Shown: piece by piece, positions 8,362-14,903 of the stretch
Numbering within the stretch: position 1 is the stretch's first letter
Layout: the number at the start of each line of letters is the position of its first letter
Origin: Candidatus Eiseniibacteriota bacterium
GTDB taxonomy: Bacteria > Eisenbacteria > RBG-16-71-46
Assembly (NCBI GenBank): GCA_036505355.1
Contig: DASXTP010000102.1
Coordinates: forward strand, 84 to 64,083
DNA: 64,000 nucleotides
Direction of reading: 5' to 3'
Notes under the pieces: model-generated
What the model saw: only the letters and a program-made list of their open reading frames with translations
The model's database searches: none
What the model was told of the DNA's origin: nothing
Position numbers and translations under genes: made by a program

Positions 8362-8817
8362 CTACGTGCCACCACGGTCACCGCTTCCCGTGCCGTCCGT
8401 GGTCCAGCTCTGGCTCCAGCCGCGACCGGCAATGGTCCAGGCCTGCACGATGGCGCGGTCCAGCATGGCTTCGATCCGCTCCGCGCTCTGACCCACCAGC
8501 CGAGGCGCCAGGCCACAGACGATCCGCCCCAAGCACTTCGCCAGCAGTTCCTCGTACTGACCAACGATCCAGGCCGCGTCCTCGATCGAGACGAGCCCCT
8601 CCTGCTGCGGCTGGGGGGTCTGCTGCTGTCCACCGAGCCGGGGCCTAATATTCTCGTTCCAAGCTCGGTCCGCCGCGGCAAAGTCAATCTTCCCGTCCGG
8701 GAACACGGCCCCATCCAAGTGCCCTCGCGCGACCGCCCGCCGCACGCTCTCGTGGGTCCCCCCAGGGAGACCCCGGCCTCGCCGGTCCCGCGCGTACGCC
8801 CTAGCGCTCCCCCTCAT
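8362..8817 (-). CDS. Small phage-type HTH protein (terminase-small-subunit-like or regulator-like N-terminus)
   Basis: Only the last 151 codons of track ORF 8362..9774 look real. ATG 8817 is preceded by GAGGGGGG. AYARDRRG..THESVRRAVARGHLDGAVFPDGKIDFAAADRAWNENI matches the HTH pattern common at N-termini of phage small DNA-binding or packaging proteins. Confidence 0.45.
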   Translation of the reverse strand: MRGSARAYARDRRGRGLPGGTHESVRRAVARGHLDGAVFPDGKIDFAAADRAWNENIRPRLGGQQQTPQPQQEGLVSIEDAAWIVGQYEELLAKCLGRIVCGLAPRLVGQSAERIEAMLDRAIVQAWTIAGRGWSQSWTTDGTGSGDRGGT

Positions 8818-8994
8818 GCCCCCCTCATCAGCGCCCGGCTGTCGGCTGCCTTGCCCCGCGGGCTGTGCCTGGCCACATTTCGCCCGTCGCCGGGACCCGC
8901 GCCTCGTTGGACGGGGGAGGACCCGCAAATCGTACGGTGGTACCATTGACAAGCCGTTCTCCCTGCCGCTGCACTCCCAACGTCGGAGGCCGTC

Positions 8995-9495
8995 ATGCGC
9001 ACTCACCTCACCTCGCTTCTGGTCGTTCTCGCCGGTGCGTCCGTCCCGGTAGCGGTCCATGCGACCGACGTCGTCTATGCCCTCACCGGATCGGCGACCA
9101 CGATCGTCTGTCCGCCGGAAGAGTGCACCTCGGGCGTGACGACGACCGGCAGCCTCACGGCCGGTTCTGTGCCCCCGGGGGCGCCGACGGCCGGTGATTT
9201 CCGGCTCGATCTTGCTTGGATTCTGCAGCCCACCGACCCGTGCCGCGCGCGGGGCGCAGACGGCACACTGACGATCAACTGGAGCGACGGCACCATCACC
9301 GTCGCAAGCGTCACCGGGCGGTTCCGCGATTCCAAGCCGGCACTCTTCGTGTCCGGCAGGGTCGGTGCCGGTTCGACCGGAAGCATCTATCAACCAGGGG
9401 ATCCTTGCAGGAGCGTGGTCAACGCCCTCCCAGAAGACCCGTGCGTTGCCGGCACGGTCGCGGTCACCGGAGAGGTCGAACTCCGCACGAAGTAG
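8995..9495 (+). CDS. Secreted Cys-containing protein (unknown family)
   Basis: Signal peptide MRTHLTSLLVVLAGASVPVAVHA. Same GGAGGCCGTC-ATG initiation context as the tandem trio. Confidence 0.55.
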   Translation: MRTHLTSLLVVLAGASVPVAVHATDVVYALTGSATTIVCPPEECTSGVTTTGSLTAGSVPPGAPTAGDFRLDLAWILQPTDPCRARGADGTLTINWSDGTITVASVTGRFRDSKPALFVSGRVGAGSTGSIYQPGDPCRSVVNALPEDPCVAGTVAVTGEVELRTK

Positions 9496-9692
9496 TCGGA
9501 GTCCGCCCGGGGTGGTCAACAGCCGCTTCACGTGCGCATTCCCCCGCACGAATCGCGTGACTTCCCGCCGCAAAGTGAGTCCCGGGGCACCGCGCGGAGC
9601 GGCAGCCGGCCCCGGGGCGCGCGCACCGATGACGCTCGTGGCTGCACGAGCGCGGAGACCGGACGATGCCATCCGGCCGATGCGCGTGGCTA

Positions 9693-9875
9693 TCAATGGG
9701 ATTCCATAGCGGAAGTCCAAAAGATCAACTCGTGCGTCGTGCGCGAGCGCCCATCCAGCTTCCGAGTGAGCCAATCCTCAATGCGCCGCATCTCCTCGAA
9801 GTCGCCGACGCCCTCGATCGCAACACCGAAGTCACGCTTGATCCGCCGCTCCACGGATGTAGCCTGACCGGTCAT
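9693..9875 (-). CDS. Hypothetical small protein
   Basis: 60-aa ORF whose ATG overlaps the stop of the upstream ORF (ATGA at 9872-9875). Mostly G/C third positions. Confidence 0.35.
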   Translation of the reverse strand: MTGQATSVERRIKRDFGVAIEGVGDFEEMRRIEDWLTRKLDGRSRTTHELIFWTSAMESH

Positions 9876-10555
9876 GCGGCCTCCTCGATGATCTCGATCA
9901 CCGGATCACGGCCGCGAGAGCTGCGACCAAGGATTATTTCCCGCGCCCATCCCAAGCCGACCTCGTGCTCGCTGCCCACCTCCCAGACCTGACCAGCGAA
10001 GCCGACGATGGATTTGAGCACCCGGATACGACAGCGCTTCAGCGGTTCGACGGGCAGCGCTGGTGCCGGAGGGGGCGCCGACGGTGCGACCGGCCGCTTC
10101 GATCGCTCGACGACTTCGAGGGCCTCGCGGCGCTCACGAGCCAACCGCTCGCGTCGCGCAATCACTCGCGGATCGTCGTTGTCGGCGATCGTGGCTCGGC
10201 CGCGGTGTAGAAGATTACGCCCCAAGAACTCGTCCACCAGGACACTTTCGCCGACGACGCCGAGGCGACAGCCACCGGGCGCAGCCGGATCGGCAACGAT
10301 CACGGGGCTCGTCAGCGTGACTCTCAATCGGGGCGCCCTGGCGAGCTCCCGCTCCTGCTCGCGCTGCTCGGCCTCGGCGCGGAGGCGATCGCCCAACAGC
10401 GCGCCGGGCGGCTCGGTCGTCAGTATCGGCAACGGCGATTTCCCGATGCCCTCCACGCCCTCGTGCCGAGCCTGCCGCGATGCGAGCAGCGGTTCGGTCG
10501 CGTCCAGAGAACGCCACCGTCGTTCCTCTTCAGCGTACGGCCGGATCCAGCTCAT
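9872..10555 (-). CDS. Hypothetical protein (element backbone)
   Basis: 227-aa ORF in the same minus-strand operon, coupled to the downstream small ORF. No recognisable motifs. Confidence 0.45.
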   Translation of the reverse strand: MSWIRPYAEEERRWRSLDATEPLLASRQARHEGVEGIGKSPLPILTTEPPGALLGDRLRAEAEQREQERELARAPRLRVTLTSPVIVADPAAPGGCRLGVVGESVLVDEFLGRNLLHRGRATIADNDDPRVIARRERLARERREALEVVERSKRPVAPSAPPPAPALPVEPLKRCRIRVLKSIVGFAGQVWEVGSEHEVGLGWAREIILGRSSRGRDPVIEIIEEAA

Positions 10556-10585
10556 GCTTGCCTCCTTGCTTGGTGCTCGCAGCGA

Positions 10586-11221
10586 TCACCGCTCAGGGAC
10601 GTTTCTCCTCCACGTCTCTTCTACTTCGCGCCTCAGATTCGGCGCCCATTCCCTTCGGACCACGGTCCGCGCCAGCGAGAGCCATCGCAGCTTGGCCGGC
10701 AGCCTCACGGTGCGGCGGAAGAGGTAGAGCAGCGTTGATCGCAGCTTCCCCGGCTGCTGTTGAAAGACTCCAACCTTCGGCACGATGTAGCTGCGGATCG
10801 CGCCTCTGCGACTCCGGCCCGCCGTGGTGCTCGGGAACAATCGCTGGAACCAGAAGCGGGGCGGAATACTGGATCGTGGCGATGGCCGCGCGCCCACCGG
10901 GATCGCGACGTTCTGGCCGACGAAACCGGTGCGCTCACCGCCTTCCTCATAGTGGGGGAGGAGCAAGCGCTCTCGCTGGCCGACAGCGACCGTGGTATTC
11001 AACCGGAACGGCGTGGCCCTCGGCTTGATGACCGCGACCTGCCGCCGGACGAACTCTTTGCGGACCAGGAAGCCGCGCTCGAGCTGGGCTCGTTCCTCGC
11101 GCTGGACCGCGTCGGCGGTACGGTTCAACGCGTTCGAGAGGGCGTAGGAAAACCTCTTCTGCCCCTTTCGCAGACCCAACAGGACCCGAGCGCTATTCGT
11201 ACTGACCTTGATCTGAATCAT
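10586..11221 (-). CDS. Hypothetical protein; faint resemblance to phage head-tail/morphogenesis proteins (not reliable)
   Basis: Start moved to ATG 11221 (MIQIKVSTNSARVLLGLRKG) after GAGAGGGGG. First ORF downstream of the iteron array. Confidence 0.5.
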   Translation of the reverse strand: MIQIKVSTNSARVLLGLRKGQKRFSYALSNALNRTADAVQREERAQLERGFLVRKEFVRRQVAVIKPRATPFRLNTTVAVGQRERLLLPHYEEGGERTGFVGQNVAIPVGARPSPRSSIPPRFWFQRLFPSTTAGRSRRGAIRSYIVPKVGVFQQQPGKLRSTLLYLFRRTVRLPAKLRWLSLARTVVRREWAPNLRREVEETWRRNVPER

Positions 11222-11392
11222 GCAGCCCCCTCTCGGTGCCGCCCCGTGCGACGACCGCCTCCACTCCTGGAGCGGTCCAGGGCCGGCGATCGTCCCGGTG
11301 CTAGGGTCGGCGGCCGCTGGTTCATCGGCGAACCCGGCGCGTGCCACGACGACCGCATCAGGCTTATTGTCGTTGCGACACCAACCGCCGCT

Positions 11393-11570
11393 GGTTTCCG
11401 CCTGCCTGGCGTTTCCGCCGCCGTTCCGCCCCCCTTAAGGGGGAGGCGGAATGGCGGAACGGAAGCGGTACCGCCTGGTTCCGCCTGCTTTCCGCCTGGT
11501 TTCCGCCTGCCTTTCCGCCTTGTTTCCGCCTGATCGGGTTTCCGCCAAGTTTCCGCCAGGGGTTTGCCGC
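11393..11570. repeat. Iteron array: at least 10 direct TTTCCGCC/GTTCCGCC copies plus 2 inverted copies flanking a CCCCCTTAAGGGGG palindrome; putative replication origin
   Basis: Direct copies start at 11395, 11412, 11423, 11478, 11489, 11500, 11512, 11523, 11539 and 11550, with a degenerate copy at 11561. Inverted GGCGGAA copies at 11445 and 11453. The palindrome at 11430-11443 is centred on TTAA. Spacing is mostly 11-12 bp. Confidence 0.75.
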
Positions 11571-11579
11571 AGGAGGGCA

Positions 11580-13502
11580 TCATTCCTCCGGCTCGGGGTC
11601 GCCGGCCGGTCGGTTCGTGGGGGCGTAATAGCCCCGCCGCGGCCGGTCGATCACCCGAAGGACATCGGTCATACGCTTGAGGGCGCGCTCGATCGACCTC
11701 GCTGGCAGGGGTGGGGCCTCGGCCGCGGCGGCCGCGATGATCCACTTGGCGGGGCTGGCCCCCTTCTCGACCAGGTACTTCAGCACGAAGTCTTCGGCCC
11801 GCTCGGTGGTGGTCTCGCCCTCGTCGACGGATCCCTCCCCGGTCAGGACGATCGGGGCATCGGGGCCTGCGGTCGTGTAGCGGATTCTGAGACTGGCGCG
11901 CTCGCCGTCCCGCCGCTTCACCTGGACCAGGTCCATGAGCCCCCGGGCCGGCTGGGACGCAACCCACACGGTGCTGGCCTGGGTGCTGAAGGCCACACTT
12001 CCATGCACGAGGTGCAGCTTCGCCAGGTGCCCGTCGGAGGCCGGCTTCCGCAGATGGCCGATCAGCGCGAAGGTGGTGTCGTAGTCCCGCCGGAGCCGAA
12101 ACAACGTCGCATACACTGCCGCCACCGCCCCCGCGTCGTTCCCATCGATCCCGGCGAACACCTGCTGCACCGAGTCGAACACCACCAGCAGTGGCCGGTG
12201 GGCGCCCAGCTCGTACTCGATCCGCTGCAGCCCCTCGGCCGTCGTGAGGTTCACGCCCTGTTGTGAGGCCACCCGCAGCTGGTGGTGCGGGGCACCGAGG
12301 CGCAGGTAGAGGCGCGACACCTCGCGCACCGATTGCTCCTCGTCGAACACCAGCACCGGCCCGGCCCTGGCCACCTGGATACCGCACCAGGCGCCGCCCG
12401 TGGCCACCGCCATCGCCAGCGCCGCGATCGTCGTGGACTTGCCGATCCCCCCGTCGCCGGGGGCCAGGGCGATGTCCCCCTCGGCCAACCAGCCCGGCAC
12501 GATCCACGGCACCGCGGGAATCCCCGCGTCCCGGATCGTGGCGAGGTCCAGGTACTCCACCTGGGGCGCGTCGGGCTTCTTCTCCGCTGCCCATCGGGGC
12601 GCGGCCGCGACCAGCGCATCGAGCCGAGCGCGGCGTTCGCCGGTCGGGACGGGGCCGAGCCAGTCCACCAGGTCGGAATGCTCCCCGAGGTCCGAGAACC
12701 GCACCGTGCGGATGTCGTAGGTGCCGACCGCCGCTAGCGATGCAGCCTCCGCTCGGCCGTGGGCTCGGCCGGCGGAGTCGTGGTCCTCGAAGACCACCGC
12801 CGCCGCGGCCCCACGAAGCTGCTCGGCGTGGCCCGGGGTCCACTTGGGGGCTCGGCCGTCCTCCGAGGCGCCACCGACGTTGCACGTGCCCGGCAGGCCC
12901 AGGGCGATCAGCGCGTCGACGACGCGCTCGCCCTCGCCGATGTAGACGGTCCCGCCGGAGCGCGCCGCTTCGATCACGGCCGCGGCGTTGTAGAGCAGGG
13001 CCCGGGTGTCGGGCTTGGCGAAGCCCCTCGGCAGGTCGCGCGGCCAGCACCACTCGCCAGCGTTCCAGTACTGGCGTTGCAGCTTCACGGTCTTGCCGTG
13101 GCGCAGGTGGCGCACCACTCGTAGCACCGGGGTGCCCGCCGCGTCGCGATAGTCGTGGTGGACGACCTCGGTGCTCGGGCTCGCGCCGTCGCCGTTGTGC
13201 GAAGGGGCGCCGCCGAGGATCAGGTCGCGATCCGCGTCCGTGGCACCCAGCTCCTCGAGCATCAGCGGCAGCGCGGCGGCCGGCCCGCACACCTGGCACG
13301 CGGCGATCACCAGTACCTGGTCGCCCGCGCGGGCGTCGGCCGAGGGCTTGAGATCGTCGTGGAGGCAGCAGCAGAACTTGAACGCTGTGTGGCCAGGGTT
13401 CCAGACGACGCGCTTCCGCGCACGGATCAGAAGCTCCGCGAACCGCTCCAGGCCCGCGCTCAACGAGGCTCCGCGCGGTCGATGGCGATGTCGGCGAGCC
13501 AA
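11580..13502 (-). CDS. Bifunctional primase-helicase (CHC2-like zinc finger, Toprim, AAA_25/RepA-like ATPase, C-terminal wHTH-like tail)
   Basis: CCCLHDDLKPS...CQVCG resembles the DnaG zinc finger CPFHxxxTPS...C.GCG. Toprim motifs VYIGEGERVVDAL and FEDHDSAG. Walker A PGDGGIGKST in an AAA_25-like context. The track start is TTG 13502; TTG 13463, overlapping the upstream stop as TTGA, is an equally likely start. Confidence 0.85.
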   Translation of the reverse strand: MARRHRHRPRGASLSAGLERFAELLIRARKRVVWNPGHTAFKFCCCLHDDLKPSADARAGDQVLVIAACQVCGPAAALPLMLEELGATDADRDLILGGAPSHNGDGASPSTEVVHHDYRDAAGTPVLRVVRHLRHGKTVKLQRQYWNAGEWCWPRDLPRGFAKPDTRALLYNAAAVIEAARSGGTVYIGEGERVVDALIALGLPGTCNVGGASEDGRAPKWTPGHAEQLRGAAAAVVFEDHDSAGRAHGRAEAASLAAVGTYDIRTVRFSDLGEHSDLVDWLGPVPTGERRARLDALVAAAPRWAAEKKPDAPQVEYLDLATIRDAGIPAVPWIVPGWLAEGDIALAPGDGGIGKSTTIAALAMAVATGGAWCGIQVARAGPVLVFDEEQSVREVSRLYLRLGAPHHQLRVASQQGVNLTTAEGLQRIEYELGAHRPLLVVFDSVQQVFAGIDGNDAGAVAAVYATLFRLRRDYDTTFALIGHLRKPASDGHLAKLHLVHGSVAFSTQASTVWVASQPARGLMDLVQVKRRDGERASLRIRYTTAGPDAPIVLTGEGSVDEGETTTERAEDFVLKYLVEKGASPAKWIIAAAAAEAPPLPARSIERALKRMTDVLRVIDRPRRGYYAPTNRPAGDPEPEE

Positions 13503-13708
13503 TGCGCCAGATGTTGGAGGACGTCGTCCGGGAGCGCCGCGGTCAGCGAGATCCCGTCATGGGGGCCGCCGACCGCCGTGAGCGTCAGCTCCACCGCGGG
13601 CTGGTCCGGGGTGCCGCAGGTGTCGCACAGCCGATACTCCAGATCGACGTGACGCGCCGGGTCAATCGGTTGGTTGTTGCGAGGGCCGTCCCTGGCCGGC
13701 GTCGTCAT
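13460..13708 (-). CDS. Hypothetical small protein upstream of the primase-helicase
   Basis: 82-aa ORF containing CDTCG. Its stop overlaps the candidate primase start, and its ATG overlaps an upstream ORF stop (ATGA at 13705-13708). Confidence 0.4.
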   Translation of the reverse strand: MTTPARDGPRNNQPIDPARHVDLEYRLCDTCGTPDQPAVELTLTAVGGPHDGISLTAALPDDVLQHLAHWLADIAIDRAEPR

Positions 13709-14014
13709 GGGTGGTGCTCTTGATCGGCGGCGGGATGCTGCGGGGAGAGCTGGGGATCAGCGGTGGGGACGGGGTCGCGGAGGATGGCTTCGAGGGCAGC
13801 CACCACCTGCGGCACGCGCTGCGGATCGGGTGCGTGGCGCGGCTCGATTCGAAGCTGCGGTGCTCGTCTCCTGTGGCCCCTGCTGCCCAAACAGAACCTC
13901 CCGACAAAAGACAACGACCAGGTCGATGGCTTCTTCCATCTCGATCCATCGCACCCAGCCGTTCCATTGCCGGGAGTCCAAAGTCCATTCGCAGCTCGCG
14001 GGCGAGCCCCGCGT

Positions 14015-14215
14015 CTAATCGCTCGTCGGTATCCTCCGCACCAGTTTCCGAACTTCGGCCCATTCGGGCTTAGACAGCGCCCTTTGGACTCTCAGCGCCG
14101 TCACCCGCCACACCCGCTCGCCAGCGAGGTACCGCTGCACCGTCGCCGGACCAACCTCGGCATCGGCGGCCAGGCGTCGCAGGTCCATCAGATCCAGTTG
14201 GAGCTCGTTGCTCAT
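14015..14215 (-). CDS. Small HTH DNA-binding protein (Cro/excisionase-like), first gene of the minus-strand replication operon
   Basis: Only the last 66 codons of track ORF 14015..14875 are taken. MSNELQLDLMDLRRLAADAEVGPATVQRYLAGERV, preceded by GAGGAGAGAG before ATG 14215. Confidence 0.5.
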   Translation of the reverse strand: MSNELQLDLMDLRRLAADAEVGPATVQRYLAGERVWRVTALRVQRALSKPEWAEVRKLVRRIPTSD

Positions 14216-14247
14216 GGCTCTCTCCTCTGACTGCCGACTTTGCCTGA

Positions 14248-14829
14248 AAGCTGCGCCGTCCGCTGCAACTATTTTGTCCTCTGGAGCAGAGCGCTCACGA
14301 CACGGCCATCGATTCCGCCCGCGCTGGCAGAGGGCGGCGTGGCACTCTGCCGAGCCGATGCGACCGCACCAGACTTTGTCGCTCGCTCTCCCACCTCTCC
14401 GATCACGCCCTGCCCGATGGACTGGTTTCGCTGGCCGCCGCGAGCCGGGCCACCACCGCCGAGCTACTGGCTGTGCTGGCCGAAGTCGACCGGCGGCAGC
14501 TGTACGTCGAGGCGGGCTACCCATCGATATTGACGTACTGCGTCCTCGAGCTGCGGATGGCCGAGGATGCCGCCGAGGAACGAATCGATGTGGCCCGAGC
14601 CGCCCGGCAGTTCCCGGGCATCTTCGAAGCCGTGGCAGAGGGCCGGCTGCACCTGAGCGCCGTCGTCCTACTGGCTCCCTACCTGACCCAAGAGAACGCC
14701 GACGAGCTCTTGGCGGCGGCCGCGGGCAGGACCGAGCGGGAGATCGAGGAACTGGTGGCCCAGCGATTCCCACGCCCGCAGGAGCCGCAGGAGAGGCTGC
14801 CGGCTTCACCATCGCGGGCGGAGGAGTAA
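14248..14829 (+). pseudogene. Truncated DUF222-type N-terminal domain of an HNH endonuclease family gene (no HNH domain, no canonical start)
   Basis: Open frame from the stop at 14245-14247 reads LSDHALPDGLVSLAAASRATTAELLAVLAEVDRRQLYVEAGYPSILTYCVLELRMAEDAAEERIDVARAARQFPGIFEAVAEGRLHLSAVVLLAPYLT. This matches the DUF222 pattern. It stops about 135 residues in, before any HNH motif. The only start-like codon is an internal GTG at 14473. Confidence 0.5.
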
Positions 14830-14903
14830 CTCGCGCCGGGCGAGCTCCATGTGCCCCCAGTGGCCCCGGCGGCACGCGAGGGGGCCGTTTCGGATCCTCG
14901 ACC

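Larger units (their letters stand above)
3308..14900. mobile_element. Integrated replicative element (candidate phage satellite or integrative element) with serine recombinase, primase-helicase, iteron origin and cargo. Boundaries are approximate.
   Basis: Block between core genes uvrD and the Omp85 fusion. Recombinase at the left edge, replication module with iterons, HTH genes, mixed strand orientation unlike the surrounding minus-strand core, and a lower-GC cargo segment. No att sites identified. Confidence 0.55.

Noticed and set aside
8818-9774. N-terminal 319 aa of the 470-aa ORF 8362..9774
   Set aside because: It is antisense to the secreted-protein gene 8995-9495 and has low-complexity composition. 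A good RBS and ATG at 8817 start the plausible 151-aa HTH protein.
11393-11570. Possible CRISPR array or coding repeat
   Set aside because: The repeat unit is only 7-8 bp with 3-8 bp between copies, there are no spacers and no cas genes. The proteins predicted across it (WFPPAFPPCFRLIGFPPSF) are repeat artefacts. It is interpreted as iterons instead.
11218-13299. 693-aa minus-strand ORF and several 300+ aa ORFs overlapping the primase-helicase gene
   Set aside because: They are alternative frames of the 11580..13502 gene. They have no motifs and extreme Arg/Gly/Pro content.
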